This document shows positions 27,501 through 39,731 of a DNA stretch of 64,000 nucleotides, piece by piece; positions within the stretch are counted from its first letter, which is position 1; the number at the start of each line of letters is the position of its first letter. The notes beneath the pieces are model-generated. The model did not search any database. It had not been told where the DNA came from and was given only the letters and a program-made list of their open reading frames with translations. This DNA is from Octopus bimaculoides (Eukaryota). The stretch covers positions 94,167,907 to 94,231,906 of the forward strand of contig NC_068983.1 of NCBI RefSeq assembly GCF_001194135.2, in the 5' to 3' direction. A program made the translations under genes and the position numbers.

Positions 27501-30500
27501 ACACCAAACACCGGAAGGGACACAGCCTGCACTAATTGGTGCAACACAGCTAGATGCACAATATCCTACTTCTAAGGGATAGCTCCAGGATGGATCTAAA
27601 CGATCGTCGTGCTGAATAAGGATTCGTACCTAATCTATCTTCCGTTTCCTTCATTAATTGTATGTGCGTGCGTGTGTGTCCTTGCCTGTGTTTGTCCCCC
27701 ACCATCGCCTGATAACCGGTGTTGATGTGTTTACGTCCCCGTAACTTAGCGGTTCTGCAAAAAGTAATCCATAGAATAAGTAATAGGCTTTTAAAAATAT
27801 ATAAGTCGTGGGGTCGATTTGTTCGACTGAAACCCTTCAAGGCGATGTCCCAGTATGGCCGAAGTCAAATGACTGAAACAAATAAAAGATTTTTTAAAAT
27901 CCACTCCCAGTCTTTGAACAGATTTCAACCGCAAGCATAATTTGCCTTCAAAATAAATTCAAGTATTCTGCTGATATTAACTTCATAGTTTATGCGTTCA
28001 ATTGTGATGAGAAGAATTATCAAGAAACTGTAGAAACAAAATGGCAAGAAGGGAAATGGTAATCTTTTTTTTTATTACATACGCTAGCCAACACTAGTTA
28101 GTAGACCTAACACGCCGTCCGGTATCACACCACCACCTGACACCTACAAGCAGTTCCCAGCCTATTTCGGTTGACTTTCTTTTCCTAAACAAGATGATAA
28201 CGGATCAATGTTGTCTAATAACAACTCATTGATGATCGATGAGACATATTATCAAAGGAATTCACCATGACCATCCCGATTTTTAAACAACACCTAGGAC
28301 CACATTATCCTATGTGCCTCCCCCTTTCCAAGTTAGTAGGATGTGAATGAGGATGATTTGGCTGTCATTTCTAATAGCTGTATAGACCAAAGAGAGACTG
28401 CGAAAGACAAACAAATGTGTTGAGAAACATGTGAGTTCCGGTTTAGTTACTTATTTTAACTCCTACATTAAAGAGTTCCTTCTCCTTCTCAAACATCCCA
28501 ACTTCGATTTTTCGCGTATGTTGTATTTATATTTATCTTCTCTAAACTATGTTGCTTCAGTTCTACAGTTTATAGACATTCTTGTTCTGCTGATAGAGCT
28601 GATTTAGTGTTGTTTGTTGTAGAACTATGATAACTGAATATGTACTGTGTAATCCTCAACAAAACATAAACAGTTTTCACTTACTGAAAATTTTATTTCT
28701 CTGTTTAATTTACTATAAGTATTATAATCATTTAAATCTACATATTACATATGGCAACTTAATTATAAGTTGCTAGTTTGTCGCTAATTAAACTTTTCAC
28801 CCTTGATGTAAAATAAATTTATAACATTAGCCGGTTATTAAAATTTAAGCACATACTTTAAAGGAAATTTTAACTCGACAAAGATTGTAAACATCATGTA
28901 ATGCAATATAGGTATGTGTGTGTGTGTGTGAAACCAGGGGTTTTCAAACCGGTACGCGAGATTAGTAAAATCACTGGAATATTGAAATAACCACAACCAG
29001 CTACTTTTCAATACTTTTCTATTTTTATAGAAAAATTTTGAAACTTCGTCAAATACAGTGAAAACGAAAGAATGCCGAAAGTCAAGACTTTCAAATGTAA
29101 TTTCTGAATTTGACGGCATTATAAGACGCGTTTGTTTTTTTCTTTTTTCTTCCAAAAATATATCTCAGAAAAAATCAATCAGAGTCCCATATGTGAAGTC
29201 TTGTTACTGTAATCATTAAGGGTATTTTCATTATCGTGATTTCTTTATGTTCAGCGGTATGTTTGACAGAATATATACCATCATGTTTTCTGCTAAGGTA
29301 CTTACGTAATGTACTGCGAAATTGCTTTCAAGAATATTACGTGTACTATAAACCTTGTTTTCCTGAATATGCGTTGCTGAAATTGGAGTGTGTCTTATAT
29401 ACACGTGTATCTTTTATACCATCAAGTACGGTGATGAATTATACATTGTCTGTCTGATGGTATCTATAAAATGCATGTTGGCAAGATTCATCNNNNNNNN
29501 NNNNNNNNNNNNNNNNNNNNNNNNNNNNNNNNNNNNNNNNNNNNNNNNNNNNNNNNNNNNNNNNNNNNNNNNNNNNNNNNNNNNNNNNNNNNNNNNNNNN
29601 NNNNNNNNNNNNNNNNNNNNNNNNNNNNNNNNNNNNNNNNNNNNNNNNNNNNNNNNNNNNNNNNNNNNNNNNNNNNNNNNNNNNNNNNNNNNNNNNNNNN
29701 NNNNNNNNNNNNNNNNNNNNNNNNNNNNNNNNNNNNNNNNNNNNNNNNNNNNNNNNNNNNNNNNNNNNNNNNNNNNNNNNNNNNNNNNNNNNNNNNNNNN
29801 NNNNNNNNNNNNNNNNNNNNNNNNNNNNNNNNNNNNNNNNNNNNNNNNNNNNNNNNNNNNNNNNNNNNNNNNNNNNNNNNNNNNNNNNNNNNNNNNNNNN
29901 NNNNNNNATTCTGTGGGGTGGGGGGTAAGGGGAGAATTTCCAAATTCCGAATTTTGGCAATTTTCTGGAATCTCCGTATCCGAAAAGGTGAGGTTTAGGC
30001 AAAAAAAATTTTTTTTTTATAATTTGCGAGAAAATGGGGAAGTGACAGGAGGAAGTCTTTCCAAAATGTTTTCCACTAATGCCTGTTTTATTTTATTCAA
30101 CCATTTTACACGATTTTCATCGCAAGAAGTATGCTAACCATGATGAACAGACATGGTGAAAAAATTAGTGTAGGATCTCATATATGTAATATAAAGATAA
30201 GATGAAGAGCCTTCCTGAGTCATAGATTCACAGGGCCGATTTTCATGGTGTAAATATTCCCCACCTGGACGAGATGCCTATGTAATATGAGTTTAAAAAA
30301 TGAACTTTTTACATGAGCAAATAGTAGACAGAAACTTCTTAAGGAATAAGGAATCAAGAAACAAAAATAAGGGTAACATCCCCATAATCCCAAATGAAAT
30401 TTTTGGAAATACAAAATGTTATATGGGTGCAGATTTTTATTTTTTATGCCAATTAGTGAAAGCAAGGTACATGTTTTGGTCTTATGTCTCCTCACTTTAA

Positions 30501-30759
30501 GATATATACTACTCAGCATGAGAATACAATGATACTAATATCAACTATTTGGTTCAGAAAAAACACGCCAAGGGAACATATTAGATATATATTAAATACA
30601 GATATATATATATATATATATATTAAATACAAATATATTATATTGACATTACACTCTGACTGTGTTTGATATATAACTTGTTCTATGTTGAACTATTATA
30701 CAAGCAACAACCACTACTAAATATCGGTAGTACTCTGATAGCTTATTTCTGTGTAAAAG

Positions 30760-31950
30760 CATCATCATCATCATCATCATCATCATCGTTTAACGTCCGC
30801 TTTCCATGCTAGCATGGGTTGGACGATTTGGCTGAGGACTGGTGAAACCGGATGGCAACACCAGGCTCCAGTCTAATTTGGCAGAGTTTCTACAGCTGGA
30901 TGCCCTTCCTAACGCCAACCACTCAGAGAGTGTAGTGGGTGCTTTTACGTGTCACCCGCACGAAAACGGCCACGCTCGAAATGGTGTCTTTTATGTGCCA
31001 CCCGCNNNNNNNNNNNNNNNNNNNNNNNNNNNNNNNNNNNNNNNNNNNNNNNNNNNNNNNNNNNNNNNNNNNNNNNNNNNNNNNNNNNNNNNNNNNNNNN
31101 NNNNNNNNNNNNNNNNNNNNNNNNNNNNNNNNNNNNNNNNNNNNNNNNNNNNNNNNNNNNNNNNNNNNNNNNNNNNNNNNNNNNNNNNNNNNNNNNNNNN
31201 NNNNNNNNNNNNNNNNNNNNNNNNNNNNNNNNNNNNNNNNNNNNNNNNNNNNNNNNNNNNNNNNNNNNNNNNNNNNNNNNNNNNNNNNNNNNNNNNNNNN
31301 NNNNNNNNNNNNNNNNNNNNNNNNNNNNNNNNNNNNNNNNNNNNNNNNNNNNNNNNNNNNNNNNNNNNNNNNNNNNNNNNNNNNNNNNNNNNNNNNNNNN
31401 NNNNNNNNNNNNNNNNNNNNNNNNNNNNNNNNNNNNNNNNNNNNNNNNNNNNNNNNNNNNNNNNNNNNNNNNNNNNNNNNNNNNNNNNNNNNNNNNNNNN
31501 NNNNNNNNNNNNNNNNNNNNNNNNNNNNNNNNNNNNNNNNNNNNNNNNNNNNNNNNNNNNNNNNNNNNNNNNNNNNNNNNNNNNNNNNNNNNNNNNNNNN
31601 NNNNCTAAACTTTGCCCAGGCTATTCTTATTCTAGCAGCTACACTTTCAGCGCACCCACCCCCACTACTAACTTGGTCGCCCAGATAGCGGAAGCTATCG
31701 ACTACCTCTAGTTTTTCACCCTGGAATGAGATAGAAGTTGTTTCCTGTTTGTTTACAGTCTTTATTGCACCTGAACATCTGCCACAAACAAAAACTAACT
31801 TGCTAGTTAACCTGCCTTTGATGTTGCTGCACCTCTTATGTGTCCATAGCTTGCACCGGGTACATCTTATAGAGTTACTACCTACTCCTTTTCTACATAC
31901 TGAGCAGGGCCATCTACCTGAAGGGGTTTGTGTTTTATCTACCTTCACTG
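30760..31950 (-). mobile_element. Young 5'-truncated RTE-type LINE with Cys/His finger (gap inside)
   Basis: Open ORF2 piece WPCSVCRKGVGSNSIRCTRCKLWTHKRC...VDSFRYLGD...ARIRIAWAKF. 3' UTR ends in a (GAT)n tail (plus-strand catcatcat at about 30760-30787). Confidence 0.88.
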
Positions 31951-32369
31951 AATGATAATCCCTTGCAGTATTTTATTACATTTAGGTCACCCCTTTTACA
32001 TTCAGTTGATGTTACATTTCATCTTCTGAGATCTATAAAATAACTGCTAAATATAATAGTACTAGGATTGATAAAAATGGTTAAAATTCCATAAATGTGA
32101 TACCCCAGCTGTTCAGTAACAGAAACTGAAAAATATATGAATTTTTATATTCCATTTTATTCTATATTTTATGCTGTTTTAAGTATTTCCCCTATATTCA
32201 GTGTTACTGCTTATTTTTCTTTTATGAATAAAAGTTCCAAAAGACAGACTAGGCTAGCAACATTGCCATTCTAATTGCCTAATATATGATGCATATATAT
32301 TCCTGCATATTCTTTTGTACCATTTAGTCAACTAGATAGATTAATATTTTATCTATGCTGTGTTAAGAC

Positions 32370-34150
32370 AAGGAGAGCCCCCAGCCCATCAGGAATCACT
32401 GCTGAGATGCTTAAAATATCTGGCTGAGTAGGAGATGGCCTAGTCACCCATATAGTTAATCGGATTGTCCATGAGGGAGTCATACATAACGATGGGTGTA
32501 GCAGCATTATAGTCAACTGCTACAAAGGCAAAGGTAATGCCTTAGACAGAAATAATTACAGAGGCATCAAATTGCTGGACCAGGTGGTGCAAGTCACAGA
32601 AATGGTCATAGCTCAATTAATTAGGAAGAGAGCATAGATGAAATGTAGTTCAGATTTGTACCAGGTATATTCCTGGTTGGGCAACTGCAAGAGAAGTATT
32701 TAGCCAATAATAAATATCTGTACCGGGCAATATGGAGAAAGCCTTTGACAGGGTCCCCACTCCTTTATCTGGTAGTCAATGCGAAAGCTAGGGATAGATG
32801 AGTGCTTAGTGAGAGCTGTACAAGCCATGTACAGGGATGCTGCCAGTAAAGTGAAGGTTGGCAACAAGTATAGCAATGAATTCAGTGCAAGTAGTAGTTC
32901 ACCAAGCCTCAGTTCTCAGACCCCTCTTGTTTGTCTTAGTCCTCCAGGCCTTAACAGAGGGATTCAAGGCTGGCTATCCCTGGGAGTTCCTCTATGCTGA
33001 TGACCTTGTTCTTATATCTGAATTACTACCTGACCTAGAGAAGAAATTTCAGGTGTGGAAACAAGGCCTGGTATCTAAGGGCCTTAGAGATAATTTAGCA
33101 AAAACCAGAGTCCTAGTAAACAGGGAAAGAGATAAATCACAAGTCTCTTCAGGGAGATGGCCCTACTCAACATGTGAGAAGGGTGTTGGTATAAACTCCA
33201 TATGTTGTATTCAGTGCAAGCTTTGGACACATAAGAGTTGTAACAGTATCACAGGAAGATTAACAGAGAATATAATCTTTGTGCATGGCAAATGTGCAGG
33301 TACAATAAGCACTAAAAATGCGAAGACAATAGACTCCCTCAAATGCTTGGCGGGATCATAGTACTAGGATTGATAAAAATGGCTAGGGATAGATGAGTGG
33401 TTAGTGAGAGCTGTACAAGCCATGTACAGGGATGCTGCCAGTAAAGTGAAGGTTGGCAACAAGTATAGCAATGAATTCAGTGCAAGTAGTAGTTCACCAA
33501 GCCTCAGTTCTCAGCCCCTCTTGTTTGTCTTAGTCCTCCAGGCCTTAACAGAGGGGTTCAAGACTGGCTATCCCTGGGATCATTAGAAGTAGTAGATAGC
33601 TTCTGTTACCTAGGAGACCAAGTTAGAAGTGGTGGAGGAAGTTCTGAAAGTGTAGTTGCTAGAACAAGAATTGGCTAGGCAAAGTTCAGAAAGCTTCTAC
33701 CTTTGTTGGTAACTAAGGGCCTCTCCCTCAGAATGAAAGGCCGATTGTATGATGCCTGTGTATATACAGCTATGTTACAGGGCAGTGAAACATGGGCTTT
33801 GACGACAGAGGACTTGCAAAGGCTTGAAAGAAATGAAGCTAGCATACTGCACTGGATGGGTAATGCCATGACAGAGTGTAAATGATTTAAGAGGAAAACT
33901 GAGTATAAGAGGCATCAGATGTTGTGTGCAAGAGATAAGACTGTGCTGGTTTGGTCATGTGATGTGTATGGATGAAAACAGCTGCGTAAAGAAGTGCTGA
34001 GCTCTAATTGTGGGATAAAATGATGAGAAAGGATCTTCAGACACTGGGCCTCACTGAGGAAATGACAAGGGACTGGGGGATGTGGTGATTTGCTGTACTT
34101 TCAAAGACACATCAAGCTAAGTAAAATCACTGTCTTCTACACATACAGGC
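32370..34150 (+). mobile_element. Older RTE-type LINE ORF2 fragment with internal duplication
   Basis: NYRGIKLL-like motif, EKAFDRVP, FLYADDLVL, PHD-like finger and LSLRMKGRLYDACV, with frameshifts and stops. Confidence 0.88.
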
Positions 34151-34920
34151 TTGTCCTTTCAGATGTCGGTGCCACATAAAAAGCACCTATGCTGGTGCTG
34201 CATAAACGCACCCATGCCACTACTGTACAAACACACTCATACCTGTGGCATGTAAAAAGCACCCAGCACACATTAAGTATCATTAATTCATTTAACATCT
34301 GCTTTTTCCATGCTAGCATGAGAAACTTATTTGAAGCAGAGTTTATGGCCAGATGCACTTTTTGTTGCAACTCCTTACCTGCTTTTTAAGTAAGGGATTT
34401 TGTTTTTCCCAAAGGTTTCCAAAAACTGCAATTGTCATAATGTCAATAATGACTGTCACAAACGACAAAGGTAATTCTGATATAATTTAACAAGATGATG
34501 CAACCAAAAATCCAGGACACACACACACAAAACAAGTTTCTGTCTACCAGTTTCTTCTAACAAGTTATTGGTTGACCCAGGGCTATAGTAAAAGACACTT
34601 GCCCAAGATGCTGTGTAATGAGACTGGATTTGGAATCGTGGTTGCAAAGTGAAGTTGTAAATTATACAGCCAAGCCTATTAAAGTAAAATATTAGAAAAA
34701 TGAAATGGACATAACTCAAAGTAATGAGGTTTTGATTGGGACATTGGATTTTGTAACAATTTTCTCTTTGGAATAAAAGAACTAAATGTATTTGTATAGA
34801 AGACTAGTTGATATCAAAATTAATATCTTTGTTGTGTTAGTAAATTATTGATAATTTCATTACAGATTTGTATATTGCTTTTTTATTGTTTTTTTATTTA
34901 AGCAGTTTATTTTAAGGAAA

Positions 34921-35035
34921 ATGTCCAGTTCTGGTTCATCCCTGACAAAGTTTGTTTCAGAGAAAGAATTGGAAGAAAAAAGACAACAGCGACAAAAAGA
35001 ATGGGAAAAAGTTCGTCAACCAGATCAGCCACTTA
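34921..35035 (+). CDS. PSME3IP1: PSME3IP1/FAM192A (NIP30/PIP30) coding exon 1
   Basis: MSSSGSSLTKFVSEKELEEKRQQRQKEWEKVRQPDQPL matches the NIP30 N-terminal motif ([24 protein letters not shown]). Donor A|GTAAG at 35036, phase 1. Confidence 0.95.
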
Positions 35036-35279
35036 GTAAGTTCTTGGAATTTCGTCTCTTAAAAATGATGAGTTTGGTATGTTAGAATTATCATACTTTT
35101 GATTATTTGGTGACTGCAGTAATCACTTGTGCCATAAATGAAGTGGTTCTTAAGCTGGCTATACTAGATTTGACATATGCTCTCCCTCTTGTGAGCTCAA
35201 AACACCCAACACCTTAGATATGTTACAGGTGCTGGGTGTTTAGATGGTTTGTAATTTTCCTTAGAAATAAAATATTTAA

Positions 35280-35497
35280 CTCTTTAGCATTTAAACCAGC
35301 CATATCCAGCCCAAATATTCTACTTATTCTATATTCAAACAAGCCAGATCTGGTCTCTCACACCTAACCTGCAATATTGTTATAAAAATAAGCAATCGCA
35401 TGATAAACATCTTGAAGTGGCAAGATAGTGTATGATTAATTTAGAACAATGAGAATAAATAAACATTACACTTGACACTAATTTGAATACTAAAGGG
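35280..35497. mobile_element. piggyBac-type MITE
   Basis: TTAA|CTCTTTAGCATT...AATACTAAAGGG|TTAA. A partial copy lies at about 46560-46680. Confidence 0.8.
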
Positions 35498-36930
35498 TTA
35501 AACTAGCTACAATACTTATATTTTAAATGTAATAAAATAAAGTCTTTATCAGGATAAGAATATGAGTAAGACATTGTCTTATTAGTGAGCAGAAATCACA
35601 ACTGATTCTGTACCAAGATCCATTGTATATTCCTGACATAAACCTTTACCTTTAATAATTGAATTTTATATACTTAAATTCTTGACTAATTCATGCAGTT
35701 ATCTAAAAAGATGTGCAAGACATTGATGGGATGCTATAAGAGAGTATGGATAATAAACCACTATGCAAAATAAGTTGCTTTTTGTCTTTTTGCAAAACAT
35801 TTATAAAACACTTTTTGGTAAACAAAGGTGTGTTGAGTTATAAATGTTTGGGAATCAATAAACTTATGAAAGCAAGCTAACATATGAAAATAACTTATAG
35901 ATATGGCACACCATTGATACCTTATTATTTTTGTTGACATGTAAACTGTATTGAACATTTTGTTATGTAATGTTTGGTTATTGTTGTGTATCATATCATG
36001 CAAACCCCATGGTGTGCAGAGTGTAAAGTGAATGTTGTGCCACCTACAGATCTATTGTTCCAAAGATTCCATTCTCTGTTTCTAATTTCCTCATATATTT
36101 TTGTATGGAAGTTGTTGTTTGATCCCTGGTCAATCTTGATTGAGCAGACCCATTATCAAATGCAATCCAGCAATAACCTTTTTTTTTTTTGTTTCAAATA
36201 TTATATATCTACATACATTATCCAATATAGTTTTAAACAATTTTTAAGATTGAATAATTTGATTTAAGGAGATGTGGCTGCTACTTCTAGTAGGTCAGAC
36301 AACCATGTAGAAGCTTCCTCATCTCATTTGTATGACATTAAGTTTTGGTGGTGGTCAATGTGACAGTGGGTCAGTGAATTTAGTTCAAGCACAACAGATG
36401 TGATGGTGTACTTTCCAGCACAATGTTTGTGAAAGGGGCTTAGGTTATTGATGCAGTTAAGAGTCTTTTTCAGAACTGAGAGGGCTGGGGAAATAATTTC
36501 TTAGTGTTGTGAGGTGTTGCAAATGTATTTGGGTGTTTGGTGGTAATTGAATGTGTAGCAGGAGGGAGTGCATATGTGTAGAATTTTGCTGCAATAAATT
36601 GTACTCTGCACTTTGTCTCTTTGTTGCACTTACTGTTCGTATTTCTGGGGATTTCAGTTGAGACTGCAGTGAAAAGAGTTGAGATAGCAGTTGGGATATT
36701 TGAGAGATTCGACTGCTATTTCTAGCAGATTAAGGCTTTATTGTTGGTTTGAAGAGAGTTGTTGTGTTCCACATTATCATTAATGTAATTTTATTTTATG
36801 ATGTATAACCATTAGTTGTACATCATTTCAGTAATTTGGTTGAACATAATCTTATTACCTATCATTTACTGCCAATATGATCATCAGAAGTATCGAAATA
36901 TTGCATCTTGAAATCATGTTTTATCTTTAG

Positions 36931-37029
36931 AGTGTCCAGAAGAAGTAGTAGATAATCGTTCTTTATTCGATAAACTCCAAGAACAGAAGAAAAAGAAAGA
37001 GGAAGAATATGAAGAAGAACAACGAAACA
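36931..37029 (+). CDS. PSME3IP1: PSME3IP1 coding exon 2
   Basis: ttatctttAG acceptor; (K)CPEEVVDNRSLFDKLQEQKKKKEEEYEEEQRN resembles human [20 protein letters not shown]. Donor GTAAGT at 37030. Confidence 0.95.
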
Positions 37030-37979
37030 GTAAGTTTTTGTCGCATGTTCATTACCTTGTTTTAATATCCTTATTTAGTTAAGTCCCTTTGCTCTCAAAT
37101 TTCAAATCCTGATAGGGTTGACTTCACTTTTCACATTTCCAATTGACAAAATAAGTACCTGTCAAATACTGTGGTTGATCTAATTGACTGAACCATCTCA
37201 AAATGTTTGTGGCCTTGTACCATTGATAAAAATCAAAATGTTAGAAACCAAAAATTAATCTCTGTATTCTCAAATCTAAACATTAACACTTTTGAAATCA
37301 GTTCACCCAAAACTGCATTTTGCTCAACGTGCTAACAATTTTGCTAGCTCATCACCTTACACCAGTTTAATAATGACAGTTATTTTACTAATAAAGGGTT
37401 GAAGTAATATTTCTGAAAATATTGTTTCTAGACCAGATATATCTTCAGAAATATTTTCTTGTCATTCTTGTAAAATCAATGTTGATTTGCTGATAACTGT
37501 GGTTTGTCTTTAGATTTTATATTTCTATGGGTTCAGCTCATTATGATTCTTACTATACTGGAGTACTGCCATAAAATATTTTCAAGAATTTTGGAGTATT
37601 AGAATCAATAAAGTGAAGACAAAATGCTTTGTGATTTTTAGTTAACCCTGAAAAACTTGGAAGTGACCACAACAGTCATTTTTGTGTTGAAGCCATTTCT
37701 TTTAATACAAAAAAAATTAATTTAATTTAAATTATTGGTGCTGCAAATTAATACTATATCTTCAACTTCTTATCCCAAGTTTTTTGGTAAAAGAAGTTTT
37801 TTCATTTTAAGTTTAGGCTTTAAATTTTAAAAAAAGTTCTGTAAAAACATAGATTGGACCACTGTGATCCTGTCATTAGTGTGCCTTAGTCTGTAGATAA
37901 AAATGGTAATTTTGTATCAAGAAACATGTTCTTAAGTTTTCATTAGTGTTTGAGAACTTCTATGAGACATTTGACCAGC

Positions 37980-38352
37980 AAGTTAGATACTATTCAGTGA
38001 AATGAGTTGCACGAAGATGACTAATGGCAGTGTTTTTCAACCTGATTGATACAGGAGCATACAATGCTTTTTTTGTTGTATATTGAAAAGCAGCCATAAT
38101 TCAAACAGAACAAATACCTATCTAGACTTGAATTTCTTAAAATGCTGGCTGAAGAACTCCTTGGTGATGGGGAATCTGAAGAAGTAATTTCAGTATCCAA
38201 AAGAGAAATAAACAGGTAACTCACAAGGATTTTGCAGGATTTGTCTTTCAGGAAAAAAAGGAAAAGAGTAGAATTAGCTGTCAAAAATGTCAGATTTTTG
38301 CATGTGAAAGCCACAAAGATGAAACAGTTTTGTGCTTAAACTGTGTAAATTA
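37980..38352 (+). mobile_element. piggyBac transposase C-terminal remnant
   Basis: MAVFFNLIDTGAYNAF...RLEFLKMLAEELLG, then the cysteine-rich tail SRISCQKCQIFACESHKDETVLCLNCVN*. Frameshifted. Confidence 0.75.
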
Positions 38353-38634
38353 ATTTTTCAATGAAAATCTGACTTGGTCCAGTGTAGTCACCTTCATGTA
38401 TTATGTAACTTTTATATTTTTCATGTTTTCTAAAGTTAATCTTCAAATTATAGCATAATATTTTGACAACTTGCTGTTCTCTTTCCTACACTGAGCAAAC
38501 AATTTAGATAGTATTTAAAGAGACAATCTGGTTGGTGAGCAATGACAGATGAATCTTTTGAATTTGGGTGTCAGTGGTATACAGCTTATTAGTGTAGAGG
38601 TGCAAAAGTGGTTTTCATTGAAAAGCAGTTTAGG

Positions 38635-39010
38635 TCATTTCTGTGAAGCAGCTAGTTGCCTCAGATATGTAAGTATCTGAATTAAGCCTAACACCCTGTT
38701 CAGTGATGTGGGGATGAATTCTGGTGTGCAGATGCAGTCAGAATGCCTACTGTGTCCCTTCCTGCTGGTCATGGCTTCAAAGCTTCCATTGCAGCTGTCC
38801 ATGTCATGTCTTACAGCTTTTACACTGTTCACAGAACACTGAGCAACAGTCATGATGTGGGCATTTTGATGTCCAGCACAAATCATCATGATACAGGTAA
38901 CTTTTTTCCAGTATTCAGATGGCTTCCAGTCTTCCAAGTCAGCTAACTTTTTCTCAACTCCAACTTTAATCTTTATGCACTCCAGCACTGTTGACTATTC
39001 ACCAGTACAT
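38635..39010 (-). mobile_element. Tc1/mariner-superfamily transposase N-terminal remnant
   Basis: HQNAHIMTVAQCSVNSVKAVRHDMDSCNG...RKGHSRHSDCICTPEF resembles the HTH region of Tc1/maT-like transposases. Confidence 0.5.
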
Positions 39011-39116
39011 CAAGCTGTTCCTGAAAAAGGAGATATGAAATATCAAATTTAGATCAAGCACTCTATAGTCAGCAGCTGTTTGTGATGTAAGAAGTAGTTC
39101 TGAGTGAAAAATAGGC

Positions 39117-39296
39117 ACAGGAGTGGCTGTGTGGTAAGTAGCTTGCTTACCAACCACATGGTTCCGGGTTCAGTCCCACTGCGTGGCACCTTGGGCAAGT
39201 GTCTTCTACTATAGCCTCAGGCTGGCCAAAGCCTTGTNNNNNNNNNNNNNNNNNNNNNNNNNNNNNNNNNNNNNNNNNNNNNNNNNNNNNNNNNNN

Positions 39297-39339
<43 letters not shown>

Positions 39340-39530
39340 CTGTGTTTGTCCCCCCAACATTACTTGACAACTGATGCTGGTGTGTTTACGCCCCTGTAAC
39401 TTAGCAGTTCGGCAAAAGAGACCGATAGAATAAGTACTAGGCTTACAAAGAATAATTCCTGGGGTCGATTTGCTTGACTAAGGGTGGTGCTCCAGCATGG
39501 CCGCAGTCACGACTGAAACAAGTAAAAGAG
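39117..39530 (+). mobile_element. tRNA-derived SINE family A, near full copy with internal (TA)n
   Basis: A-box/B-box head (tggctgtgtggtaag...gggttcagtccc). Head or tail fragments recur at about 3550-3700, 3905-4100, 4875-5075, 8285-8420, 18400-18520, 27680-27890, 34480-34670, 41640-41830, 42258-42410, 45080-45465, 55480-55630 and 58130-58450. Confidence 0.85.
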
Positions 39531-39609
39531 TAATACATGTGAACACATATATATCTAACTTTTCATTCTTTCAAATGTTATAATTGTCCATTCTTCCTCT
39601 GTTTCTCAG

Positions 39610-39731
39610 GAAATTCAGTAAAAGGTTTAGAAGAGGATGAGGTCAGCTTTTTGGATTACATTTCTAAGCAACAAGAAAGATTACAGAAAGAAAGAGAAAA
39701 AGAACAAGCAAATGTTATGGAAGAAATGACT
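39610..39731 (+). CDS. PSME3IP1: PSME3IP1 coding exon 3
   Basis: tttctcAG acceptor; (R)NSVKGLEEDEVSFLDYISKQQERLQKEREKEQANVMEEMT resembles human [21 protein letters not shown]. Followed directly by ATATCCTTT. Confidence 0.93.

Noticed and set aside
29388-31711. Long ORFs spanning N runs (also at 5 kb, 43 kb, 56 kb and 63 kb)
   Set aside because: Their length comes from X residues across assembly gaps.
17692-34921. Tight bidirectional promoter shared by RABIF and PSME3IP1
   Set aside because: The start codons are 17 kb apart with a hAT element and LINEs between them; unsupported without TSS data.
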